In this document: piece after piece, positions 21,749-34,200 of the stretch | Position numbering within the stretch: the stretch's first letter is position 1 | How the letters are laid out: every line of letters starts with the position of its first letter | Source of the DNA: Paraspadella gotoi | Lineage: Eukaryota; Animalia; Chaetognatha | NCBI GenBank assembly: GCA_051294375.1 | Contig: JBJCIZ010000282.1 | Location: 465,597 to 521,404 of the forward strand | Length of the DNA stretch: 55,808 nucleotides | Direction: 5' to 3' | Notes under the pieces: generated by a model | Seen by the model: only the letters and a program-made list of their open reading frames with translations | What the model was told of the DNA's origin: nothing | The model's database searches: none | Made by a program: the position numbers and the translations under genes

Positions 21749-24345
21749 GAGAAAGTTTTCTCCGCCAACGATACGCAATATTAAGGTTCACTCTCGTTTA
21801 TATTCGGCGTGATCTCGGTTCAAGTTGATTTTTTTTTATACACGTAACGTTTCCGTTGCCATCAAACACGCGTTTATTAGGTCATGTTCCGTCGACATTG
21901 TTTCTCGTTGCCTCTCAACGAGTCACTGAAATCCAGGTAATGTTAAGGCATATTCTTCAATTTCTCAAAAAATCTGAAATTCAAATGCTAAAATTTGGGA
22001 TTCGTTGTATTGAGAAAGAAGCGCGGAAATAAATCTGGAGATAAATTAAAAGTTTTTAGAAAGAAAAAATAATGCAGAATTTTTTAAAAAACGCAACGAT
22101 CATGCATGAGATCGTACAGAGAGAGACAGACGCACACTGAGAGAGACTGAGAGAGACCCTGAACTCGTTTTTTAACGATTCAGAAAAGGCTGCGCCCTGA
22201 AAAAAAATATATATAATTAAAAAAATAAATAAAAGAAAGGCAAAAAATGTTACAATGGTTTACAATGGAAATTTTTCAAATTTTTCCAATCGCAGCTTGT
22301 TAAAAGATTTTATTTTTATTTGTATTAAAATTAAGAGATATAGCTTCTCATTAAAAAGTTCCTTTGAGTTCCATTTTATTATAGAATTTAAAAAAAAATT
22401 TTGAATTTCATATTCAATATTATATACTGCAATATGTAAATTAGATTAAAGATTTTCTATATACTAATTTGGATATTATAATGAGTACTATAATCTCATT
22501 TGCATATTGCAGTAAAATCCATAAGAAGTGGAAATTCAAACAAAAATACTTAAATCCAAATGTAATAAGGAAATATCAAAGCTATTTCAAGTTGAGAACC
22601 AAGATCTAAATTTTTAAACTTTAACTATGATCGCACACTTTTGATAAAAACTTTGTCAAATTTATAATAATTTTTTATTAAAAAAAAACGGTAAGTCACA
22701 GCCAAACGACGAACGACGACGACGACGACTTACTTCCAAAGAAGCTCACACTGAACAAAATCAAGCCTGAACCGGCTTCGCCGGTCATGGCTCGATAATA
22801 ATCATTTTTCATTTTCTTCAACTGCAAAGAAAAAGCTTGATATACTGCTTGTTTATCATAATAAAATTTTAAAAAATTACTTAACTGCTGACATATTTGA
22901 CAAAGCAAGACATCATTGTGTTGAACAATTTCGCGGAAAGAGTTCATTGACTGACTTAATGATTGCATTTTTTAGGTTTCTTTACTGCCCCCATTACGCA
23001 AGACATAAAAGGTCATTATTATCTTGTCACTATGTACAGATTATCTCTACCCTTTATGCCACCTGCATTCTGAATTTTCTTTTTTTCCTTTTCAAATGAA
23101 TTAAATAAAAAAAATTAATTGAGAGAACGATCAGCATGGAGGATACCGTTGGTAAGCCTTAGTTCCCCCACTTCCTGATCAAATTTTTAAACAAGGTTTT
23201 TTTTCATCTATTCTAGACATAACTCTAACTATTGGTACTATTTATTTTTAATTTTTTAAATTCTCTTTCGCGTAATCAAAGAAACGTTTTGCGTGTCAGA
23301 AAAATTATAGAAAAAAAGTAAAACGTTTTCAAAAATTAAAAAATCTATAGAGGAATCTACTATACTTAACAAATATACTGATGTTAATATGTATCAGAAC
23401 TTTGATGCCCACTCCAAATAAAAAAACTTTTAAATATACTGCTTTTCTGTCATATTCAAAGAGGCTACTGAATTAAGTTAAAACCTACAAAGCAGTCCAA
23501 ATATCTATACATTTGACAACCTTAGAAATGTCTAGTTGGGATTGTTTAAAACTTTTTAAATTTTGTCCAAGGATAATATTATATAGTTCAAAAAAATAAA
23601 TAGCATGTGATTTAAAAAAAAGTTTTCGTCTGTTTCATTTATAATTTTTAATACCAGTAATTTTTGGATTTTGTCAAAAGTAGGTAAATATAGCAGTCAG
23701 TATTACTAAAAATAAAAGAAGTTATAAAATTATTATAATTGAGAAGGATACAACTGACCAGTAGCTATTAAAAGCATCATGAAAAATTAATTAAAAATTA
23801 TGTTTATTATGCTAAAAAAAAATTCAAAGTTAAAATTTTTTCATATATTTAATTTTATAAATTATTTATTTTCAATGTCAAAACATCATCATAATAAACT
23901 TACTATATATGTATTTGAAGGCCTATATTAGGTAGGTAAATCCCTTATAATATAAATTTTTTCTTTAATCATTTGGCATAGTTATAATTTTTTTTTAATT
24001 AAAATTATTTGAAAAAAAAAATAATATTTTAATAAAGAAAAATTAATTACAAATAAACTATTAAAGATAGAATAATGGTTATGATCTCAAACGAAAGAAA
24101 ATTGTTCATAGATTATGGATGATGCATGATATTTTCATTTTTAAAAAAAATTAAACCATTTTTAATATTTTTATTCTACTTTATTGTCTTTATATAGCTA
24201 ATTTTAATATTAATTTATAAAAAAACTGTCATTAGGAATAATTTGATTACCATTTTTTCGTATAGCCCAAAGGTCCGGAAACGTATCCCGGGACATCTCA
24301 TTCTTGTGCACTCCATGCCGATTAAATTGATGTAAAAAGGAATCG

Positions 24346-24468
24346 TATAGCCTACTGCGAAAATTAAAAAATATAAAATTATTTTTTTTTACAAATTAAT
24401 GTTCACTGATGGTATGTTGTTCATAATTGATTTTTAGAATTTTCGTATGTAACTTTCACTACGCCTTA
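24346..24468 (+). mobile_element. Right-end fragment of the hAT MITE family found at 36466-37077
   Basis: Matches ~36956-37077 and ends in the TIR CACTACGCCTTA. Confidence 0.8.
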
Positions 24469-24593
24469 CTGACTGACCACTGTCCTTTCTCAATTCTTTG
24501 TTGGAAGCTTTAACCTTGAACTTCTTCTTCACATTCTCTCTCTCTCTCCCTTTGTTTAACTCACAAAATCTGTTCAATTTTCACAACTGTAAA

Positions 24594-24637
24594 AGCGCTG
24601 ATGAAGGCTCGAATTTGTGAGCCGAAACATGTCTGCT
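24594..24637 (+). ncRNA. Minimal type I hammerhead ribozyme of a Penelope-like element 3' end
   Basis: AGCG-CTGATGA-A-GGCTC(GAATTTGT)GAGCC-GAAA-CATG-TC-TGCT. Canonical core, palindromic ACATGT stem III, cleavage after GTC (24633), AATAAA at 24646. Confidence 0.85.
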
Positions 24638-24942
24638 ATGATACAAATAAAATCGTTGTAGAACTTAAATTAAAAACTTTGTTAAAATTTATATCAAAGA
24701 AAAGCTTCTATTATATTTATTTTAGAATCAATTTTTTGAAAATTATTTTTTTGAAAATTATTTTTTTGAAAATGATTTTTTTTAATTTATTTTTTTTAAA
24801 TATTTTTTTTAAATTAATTTTTTTAAATTAATTTTTTTTAAAAGTATTCATTTTATTTAAAAATAGTCCGGCAGGCAGAACCCACATTGTTTGCTCAAAC
24901 CTATTTACAGCTTTGATGGTAAAATTTTTTTAGTTTCTCTAC

Positions 24943-26505
24943 CTTTTAATTGAAAAAGAAAAGGCTTTACAAAATCTGGAATTGATTGAAGCCAAGAAGA
25001 AAACAAATTCTTAAATGAAGGAGAGTAGAAGTCAAAAAGTGCTTTAGCAATTGAAGGGTTTCCACCTTGTGATGCAACAGTAGTTTGTGTGAACTCTGAT
25101 TCACTTGTTTCTTCAGAGCCTTTCTCTTTAGTAGTGCTTTCTGAATTGGTACTTTGTTCAGCCAATGAATTCTGTGTTTCTCCTCTTTCTTTTTCTTCTT
25201 TTCCCATCCCTACAACACTATAACCACCTTCTTTTTGACTGACTTCCCCCATAAGAGTACTTGTTAGTGATTTAAATTCTTTTTCCGCAGCTTTTGAAAA
25301 TTTATCCATGTTTATTTTTTTTTCAGATTTTATTGTTTTGATAATTTTTAATTGAGCCCCAAATTGAGCGCTTTTTATATAATGAGTTCCATATCGCCTT
25401 AAAAATTCTTGATATTTTCCCGGAGCTCCAGTTGAAAAAAAAGAATCAGGTAGATTTAAAAAATCTTGAAGAACTGATTCAGTAAGTGAATCGGGGGTTA
25501 CCACATCCATAGTTAACTCATACATAGACACATCAATGAATAAAATAGAAAAATAACTATTTAGAGATCGTTGTTCTTGACTGTTAACAGCTTCCCTCAA
25601 GGTAGTACTTTCACTTTTTTGATTTTGTTTAGAATTTCCAGAACCAGTCCCCTTGCCTTTTTTAAGTTTATAAGTTGATCCAACAGCACCACCAATCATA
25701 GCTCCAGCAACGGCACCGACCGGCCCACCAACAAGCATACCTACTGCTCCTCCTCCAACTGCAAACATAGCTCCTAAATTGCCTCCGCCACTTTCTGTGG
25801 CAGTGAATTGATTTTTTTCTGCTTCAAACATTCCTTTTTGAGAAGAAACCCGTGATTTTGATGACAGATAATCAACATAACTTTCACCAGAGGAAAAAGC
25901 CTTCGTCTCTGCATTAACATCATAAATTCCAAAGGCATTCATAATATCAGGTAATTGAGCATCCATAAAAAAATTCTTTCCATTGCATTTTCGTTGTATT
26001 AACGATATTTTCCGGCTTTGAGAGCCATATGTACCCCTACCATCAAATCCTACACCAATAAAAGAAGCAGCATCTAACATATTGGGGCAAGCTTCTGCTG
26101 GAATCCTTACTCTTGCACAAGGATCATTAGGTTTATATCCTGTCCCAAAACATCCATTCATCATTAGGGGACCCATTCCAAATGGATAATTATATATGGT
26201 AGGATTTCCTTTTGGTTCAGCAATTTCTTTATCAGAAGTTGGTTTTATTGTTTGCGTTACCCTTAAAGATGGTGGTTTAAAGCTTCCAATTTTTGAAAAC
26301 CCGGCATCAGATTCAAATATAAGATTTTTTTTTGAACCAGCAGTAACTTGTGTTCTTTTCATACTTTTTAATGCTTCTTTCGAGTTTGGAGAATTATCAA
26401 GTCCTTCTGTTACTCTTTCCAAAAGTTGTTTTCTTTCACGATCAGCTTGTTCAGCTGCACTTGAAACAGCTTTAGCTACATTATTTGCTGCATCAGTAGT
26501 TGGAT
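24943..26505 (-). CDS. Internal exon encoding a MACPF (perforin-like) domain
   Basis: 521 codons, phase 1 at both ends (acceptor gcacccAG at 26507-26506). Motifs: FIGVGFDGRG, QDFLNLP, YQEFLRRYGTHYIKSAQFGA (MACPF signature), SQGGNP, SWLQSI. Confidence 0.92.
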
Positions 26506-26619
26506 CTGGGTGCAAAAAGTACTTAAAATTATTACTTAACTTATTACTTAACATTTTAAATGAAATTAATATGATTAAAACTTTGTTATAATTATAAGTT
26601 TGTGAAAAAAATGCTGGTA

Positions 26620-27276
26620 CAACCAAATAAAAATCCATTCATTTGATAAATAAACCTTGCCCTTTACTTTGGACCAGCTATCGTGCATTACTTCCTTCAT
26701 TAGATCCACAAAAAAATCAATTACCACTTTAAATCTTTCTTAACTTTTTTGGGGGGGAGGTTTTCGTTATCTGCTGTACACATTGGAACCATATTAACCT
26801 AATAAAATTGACTGGAATAAAACTCATATGAAATTGGTACAACTAATATAAAAATTATCCATTCATTTAATAAATAAGCTATCTTGCCCCTAACTTTGGA
26901 CAGGCTTTGGTGGTTTAAGGCCTCCATCACTCTTACAAGATAATTACATAGCAGGTCCCTGCAAGCTTTCAATCAAGACTCTCTTACAGTCCCGTTTATT
27001 TACTCCCAGAGTACCTGGCTTCCCTATCAATGAAGTGGAAAATATTTTAAAGAATGTTTCAACTGTATGAAAAGACCACTCCCTTAAGTATTAGATCGGG
27101 GAATACTTATTGTACTCCGCACTAGCATCAAAATACAAGGAGCTGAACTTTATGAAATTGGTACAACCAATAAAAAAATTTTCCATTCATTTAATATATA
27201 AGCTATCTTGCCCCTGACTTTGAACAGGCTTTGGTCGTTTAAGGCCTCCATCACTCTTACAAGATAATTATATAGC
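26620..27276 (-). repeat. Repeat family R3, tandem units (inverted relative to 16354-16885)
   Basis: AAATTGGTACAAC...AGCTATCTTGCCCC recurs at ~26831 and ~27156. Confidence 0.85.
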
Positions 27277-27673
27277 TGTGGTGAGGTCCTAAGGGGCCGG
27301 CGTCTTGACCTTTTATGAGAGAGATGACGGCGTCGCAGGGAAGGCTTATCACATTCTCATAATATTAATTCTTGAGTTCATTTCGACGAAATTAATTTAT
27401 GAATTCATTTGGCCGAAGGATTAATTATTTAATTCAAGAGATTATCATTAGATAAGATTAAAGATTCAATTTTATTTGTAGACTCAGATTCACTTTAATT
27501 TTCTCTGATATTACTATTTAGTAATAAGAGTTAAAACCGAGATTAGAGAGTGTATTTATTTGTTTTAATTCGTTTTATTGTTTCCTTCTGCTAGCAGAAG
27601 CCTTCTTCTAGATTTGTAATCCTTTATTCATTCATTACTGTTTTTACCCTTCAATTAAAAGTTACTAAAACAT

Positions 27674-29775
27674 TAATCTCGGTTTTAACTCTTATTACTA
27701 AATAGTAATATCAGAGAAAATTAAAGTGAATCTGAGTCTACAAATAAAATTGAATCTTTAATCTTATCTAATGATAATCTCTTGAATTAAATAATTAATC
27801 CTTCGGCCAAATGAATTCATAAATTAATTTCGTCCAAATGAACTCAAGAATTAATATTATGAGAATGTGATAAGCCTTCCCTGCGACGCCGTGCATCTCT
27901 CTCATAAAAGGTCAAGACGCCGGCCCCTTTAGGACCTCACCACAGCTATATAATTATCTTGTAAGAGTGATGGAGGCCTTAAACGACCAAAGCCTGTTCA
28001 AAGTCAGGGGCAAGATAGCTTATATATTAAATGAATGGAAAATTTTTTTATTGGTTGTACCAATTTCATTAAAGTTCAGCTCCTTTGTATTTTGATGCTA
28101 GTGCGGAGTACAATAAGTATTCCCCGATCTAATACTTAAGGGAGTGTCTTTTCATACAGTTGAAACATTCTTTAAAATATTTTCCACTTCATTGATAGGG
28201 AAGCCAGGTACTCTGGAGTAAATAAACGGACTGTAAGAGAGTCTTGATTGAAAGCTTGCAGGACCTGCTATGTAATATCTTGTAAGAGTGATGGAGGCCT
28301 TAAACCACCAAAGCCTGTCCAAAGTTAGGGCAAGATAGCTTATTTATTAAATGAATGGATTAATTTTATATTAGTTGTTACCAATTTCATAATGAGTTTT
28401 ATTCCAGTCAATTTTATTTAGGTTAATATTGGTTCCAATGTGCTACAGCAGATAACGAAAACCTCCCCCCCAAAAAAGTTAAGAAAGATTTAAAGTGGTA
28501 AATTCGATTTTTTTGTGGATCTAATGTAAGGAAGTAATGCACGATAGCTGGTCCAAAGTAAAGGGCAAGGTTTATTTATCAAATGAATGGATTTTTATTT
28601 GGTTGTACCAGCATTTTTTTTCACAAACATTTATAATTTATAACAAAGTTTATTAACATATTAATTTCATTTAAAATGTTAAGCTAATAAGGTTAAGTAA
28701 TAATTTTAAGTACTTTTTGCCACCCAGATCCAACTACTGATGCAGCAAATAATGTAGCTAAAGCTGTTCAATGCCAGCTGAACAAGCTGATCGTGAAAGA
28801 AAACAACTTTTGGAAAGAGTAACAGAAGGACTTGATAATTTCTCCAACTCGAAAAAAGGAAAGCATTAAAAAGTATGAAAAGAACACAAGTTATGCTGGT
28901 TCAAAAAAAAATCTGTATATTTGAATCTGATGCCCGGTTTCAAAATTGAAGCTTCTAAACACCATCTTTTAAGGGTAACGCAAACAATAAAACCAAACTT
29001 CTGATAAAGAATTGCCTGAACCAAAAAGGAAATCCTACCATATAATAATTATCATTTGAATGGGTCCATAATTGATGAATGGAGTTTTGGAGAAGGATAT
29101 AAACCAAGATCTTGTGCAAGAGTAGGTCTCCAGCAGAAGCTTGCCCCAATATGTTAGATGCTGCTTCTTTTATGACGTGTAGGATTTGATGGTAGGGTAC
29201 ATATGGCTCTCAAAGCGGAAAATATCGTCAATACAACGAAAAATGCAATGGAAAGAAATTTTTTTATGGAATGGCTCAATTACCTGATATTATGAATGCC
29301 TTTGGAATTTGATGGTTAATGCAGAGACGAAGCTTTTATTCCTCTGGTTGAAAGTTATGTGATTATCTGTCATCAAAATCACGGGTTTCTTCTCAAAAGG
29401 ACTGCTTTGAAGCAGAAAAATCAATTCAGCGCACAGAAAGTGGCGGAGGCCAATTTAGGAGCTATGTTTGCAGTTGGAGGAGGAGCAGTAGGTATTGCTT
29501 TGTTGGGGCCGGTCGGTGCCGTTGCTGGAGCTATGATTGGTGGTTGCTTGTTGGATCAACTTATAAACTTAAAAAAGGCAAGGGGACTGGTTCTGGAAAA
29601 TTCTAACAAAATCAAAAAGTGAAAGTACTACCTTGAGGGAAGCTGTTAACAGTCAAGACAACGATCTCTAAATAGTTATTTTTCTTTTTATTCATTATTG
29701 TTCTATGTATGAGTTAACTATGGAGTGGTAACCCCCGATTCACTTACTGAAATCATTCTTCAAAGTTTTGAATCT
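27674..29775 (+). repeat. Inverted copy of ~25450-27545, including a frameshifted partial MACPF exon; probable fold-back artefact
   Basis: Mirror image around a 128-bp spacer (27546-27673). Indel density rises with distance from the fold. Confidence 0.85.
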
Positions 29776-31229
29776 TACTCTGTTATCTTTTGTTCAGTAT
29801 CGTGGTTTTGATAAGTTTGTAAGCAGAGTTATGTATGTGGTAGGTTAATTCTTTGCTTTATGTGGAAGGAATAGCTGATGAAATAGTGAATAAGAGGTGT
29901 GGACGTCCGGCCGGGGGCTCCGTCGTTTGGTGGCCAATTGTGGGAAAATCTGCTCGGATCGTCCACGGGCGGTGATGACTAATAGGGGGGGTGCCTCTGC
30001 GGGTGAAAATGGGCAAAACCAAACCAACCACATAAAGAGGAGGGTGTTGGAAAGAAGGTAAAAATTGGGTTATTATTATTATAACCAAGAATACGTTCTC
30101 GTGTCGTGAATGAGTATCGAAATGATATATATAACAGCGGGCTATGTTAAATAAAGGAAACGAGACTGCCCGAGGTACCAAAAGACAGTAAACCGCCGAA
30201 CAAGACTCCTAAGAAAACTTTTAATTTTCTAAATTCATGATAAAAATAAAAACAAAGAACGGAAGATGCGCAGACAGGGGGGCGGAGGCCGGGGGAGAGG
30301 GGGAACACCTACGATGTCTCATATGTCCCAATATTCTGTTATATACATAAGACAAAATAAAAACTTTCTCAAAATAATATTTTTATTTCAATAAAAAACA
30401 AATTACAAAAAATAATATAAAAATTTTATACGTTTTAGATTTAATTTTTTTTATTATATTTTATATTCTTCTTTTTTTTTTATTAAACTCCCTGTCTATT
30501 TTTTAAAAAACTAGAACCAAATAAAGATCAACAAAAACAAAAAATCCTATTAAAACTTTATAATATAAAAATAAACTTGTTTTGGTTGTTTTGTTAAAAC
30601 AAAAAACATCCCCGGCGGGGCGCATAAACACAACCGTCTCAAGCTAAAAAGAACACGGGTCATTATCACAATCACAATGAATTAACCTGGCGTCCAAAGC
30701 TATGTACACTAAATGCGGGCGTATTATTTTTCCAATTTGAGTAAAAAAAAAAAGAGATTCAAAAATAACACCGTAACCTAGAAAGTATTTTAAACCGACC
30801 TTGTCTAATGTAAAAAACGTAGGTCTTAAGAGACGAGTGGGTCTTGTTCAAATTAATGCTACACGGTTATTACGTTAATTCCAATAGCACGATCACTAAT
30901 TATAAACTAACAAAAAAGGAGTTCTTTCTTTCACTTGTTTAAAAACGAATCATACAACGTCGTGAAACCTTCAGACAATATAATATATAATAGAACTCGT
31001 GGAAAAAAATTTTTTTATTATGAAAAACGTTTTAAAAACATGGGGGCAAGATAGAGTATGTGCGTGTGTGAGTGCGTGTGTGGTGCGTGTATATAAAGAG
31101 TGTAAGTGAGTGGATGCTAAAAAGGACAAGTGTAAAATACCCCGAATAAAAACGGTAAGCTTTCTCATATATTATTCTGTCAAAAGAGAGGATAGTATAA
31201 TTAAGAGAGAGCTTAATAGTTTCCAATAT

Positions 31230-34200
31230 AAAAAAGAGATAAAAGCTTTTAAAAACCTAACGATTTTCCATGTAAAAAGAGTTAAAAAACGATAACGAGT
31301 TTTCTAAGTGTAAGAAAGACGATGATAAAGCGTTAATTTACACCGCAGGAAACCGTGGGAAGAGAATTTCCCATGAAAATGAAATAAACTATATGATATA
31401 TATATAAGAAAGAATAAAGTTTTAAAAACAAAGAAAAAACGCTATTTTTCAATGTAAAGAGAGTGAGAAAGCGTGTAAGAAGACGAGCGCAAAAATCTAT
31501 CTATATATCTATCGCTAAAACGATTCAAAACTAATAAGAATTTTGGCAAACAGCTTTTCGCAATAAAAAAAGAAATAAAACGCGGTTGAGAAAAAAGCTG
31601 CGTCAACGACTGATTCACCTATGTAAAAAAAACGCTAAACAGTTAAAAACATTCAAGAAATTACTTCTTTCTTTTCTAAGAAGAGATTTGAAACGTTATA
31701 ATCAACGAAAAACGATTTTGTTTCTTTTCTTGTAAAGAGAGCTAAAAAACGCTTAAAAAACACCACAAAACGACTTTTCCATTGTAAAAAAAATACAGGT
31801 AAAAAACCGGAAATAGAATTTTCAAAGAAAGAAGATAGTACATTATAGAGATGCATATATATAGATGAGGACAGTTATTAAATATGTTTTTTTAACGTTT
31901 TATCACCTTTGTGTGGTGCGTCTATTTTTTCAATATAATTCTCTTATTTAATTATATGTAGCTCTTACATCTCCAAGAGATACAAAACGTTAAAAGACAC
32001 CAGAAAACGACTCCGTGAGTGTGTGAGAGAGAGAGAGTGAGTTGAGAGAAACGGATATAAGAATACACGATGAGAAAACACTCGTCATCTCTTCACAATA
32101 TGTGTACAACACACACGACAATTAAGCGTTAAAAACACGAAATACTCCTCCGTCCGTCATATAATATTAAACACTGTCCATAAAACTTCGGCCAAACAAC
32201 TTTTTCAATACTCTAAAATAAGAGATAAAAGGTTAAAAACATCGACAAACGAACTATATCCAATTGTAAGAAAGATTATTAAAAATATTTACGTTTAAAT
32301 ACACGGGAGACGACATTTCCTATGTTAAAAGAGGAATAAAAAACGTTAAAACATCTAGCAAACATCTTTTCCAATAGAATAAAAAATAATTTAAAAAAAA
32401 ACCTTGGCAAACAATTTTTTCCCATTGTAAAAAGAGATAAAAAACACCAATTAAATGCGCGTGTGTGTGCGCGAGAGTAAAAAGAGATACAAAACGTTAA
32501 TACACGTGAGACGATCATTACTATGTAAAAAGAGATAGAAAACTTGAAACCAAAGAAAACGCTTTTTCCAAAGTTATAAAGAGATGAAAATGACGAATTG
32601 TTCCTTTTCCTTTTGCTAATAAAAATAAGAGCTATAAAACTTTAAACACCGAAAAAACGTCTTTTCCATTTTAGAAGAGGATAGAGAAACGTGTTGTTGA
32701 AAAACACCAGAACACAACTTGCGTGTCGAGAGTGTGTGAGAAGAGTAGAGTGATAAGAGAGAGCGTGGTAGATAAACAAGAAAACGCTAACTTCTTCTCC
32801 GCGAATATACTAGAAGAAGAGATTAAATACGTAGGAAATACCACGGATACTAACGATATTTTCAAAGAAAAAAGCAGAAGATATAAACCGTTTAAAAATT
32901 AATGAGCAAACAAGAATCATCGAGGTTTGTTAAAACTGCTCGAAGGTGAGGACAATTATTTAAATATGGTTTTTTACGTTTATCACAAATATAACAAATT
33001 GTTCCTCATTTCAACTTATTTTCTTGATTCTGTCTCCAGACTCTCTTCTCTCTTTTCTCTTTCTCAGATTTTTTTATGTTAGCTGTTCTCTGGACTCTCC
33101 AGAGATAAAACGTTAAAGATAACGTACGTTTCCTTGGTGTAAAAATAATATGATAAACGGGGTTCAAATTAACAGGATAACGATTTTATTCCATGTAAAA
33201 AAGACAAATAAATGCGTTAAAAACACCCGGAGAACAACGACTTTTCAAATTATAAAAGAGATAAAACTTTAGAAACAAAGAAAAAACACGGCTTTTTCAA
33301 TGGGTAAAGGAAATGTTCATGATTAAAAACGTTTAGGAAAACACTGGCAAACGTATTTTAAATGTAAAAATAAAAAAATAAAATGATTAAAGAAACACGA
33401 CAACCGACTTTTCCATATGATAAAGAGCATAAAAACTTTAAATACAACGGCAGACGACATTTCCTATTAAAAAAATATTAAAGGTTAAAAACACCAGCAC
33501 GATTTTCCGAAAAGATAAAAACTTTAAAACAAAAAAACGCTTTTCCAATGTAAAAGAGATAAAACTGTTAAAAACTTAAAAAAATAACAAGACTGTTCTT
33601 TTGTAAAAAGAGATTGAAAACGTTAAAAACACCGAAAAAAGAATTTGCTTTTCTTTTTCTATGTAAAAAACTAAAACTTTAAAAATACCGGGGCAAAAAA
33701 CGATTTGCCGGTTTTCTTTTCCTTATGTAAAAAGAGCTAAAAACGTTAAATACAACTGAAAAACGACTTTTCTCGTAGTATATCTTTAATAACCAAAACG
33801 GATTTTTGTTAATGTAAAAGAAATTAAAAAACTTAAAACACAGAAAACGGAACGGTTTTTGTCCAGATGTTAAAAGAGGTTAACATAAAAACACCGATAA
33901 ACGAACTTTTCTAAATTTAAAAAATGATAAAAAACGTTAAAAACCCGGCAGACAAAAAATTGCTTCAATAGAGAGATAAAGACTTTAAAAAACAAGAAAA
34001 ACTGCTTTCTTCCAAGTGTAAAAAGAGATTAAAATTCTTAGAAAACACCGGAACAACGATAATTTCAAAGAAAAAGAAATAAAAACGTTAAAAACTTCTG
34101 CAAATAACATCATCGAGGTTGTTTAAAATGGGTGAGGACAGTTATTAATTCATATCTTTTATCAAAACTAAACAAATTTCCTCTCTTTATTTTTATGTCT

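Larger units (their letters stand above)
5356..24942 (-). other. ~19.6 kb phase-1 GT-AG intron of the MACPF gene, filled with mobile elements
   Basis: Donor AAG|GTAGAG at 24942 and acceptor tacAG|CA at 5356. The splice gives ...KPFLFQLK-A-INDILNMN..., which completes the MACPF C-terminal motif in frame. Confidence 0.8.

Noticed and set aside
22696-22968. 90-aa ORF as a gene (similarly 262-534)
   Set aside because: Exon-like, but I could not build a consistent gene model or recognise a motif.
26506-26638. N-terminus MDFYLVV... of the MACPF ORF as a real start or signal peptide
   Set aside because: AT-rich sequence overlapping the R3 edge, upstream of a good phase-1 acceptor at 26506. Likely intronic read-through.
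28720-29775. Second MACPF paralogue
   Set aside because: A mirror copy that includes intron and TE sequence, with read-type indels.
29780-31230. Short ORFs in this interval
   Set aside because: Low-quality, unalignable sequence with dinucleotide runs typical of poor basecalls.
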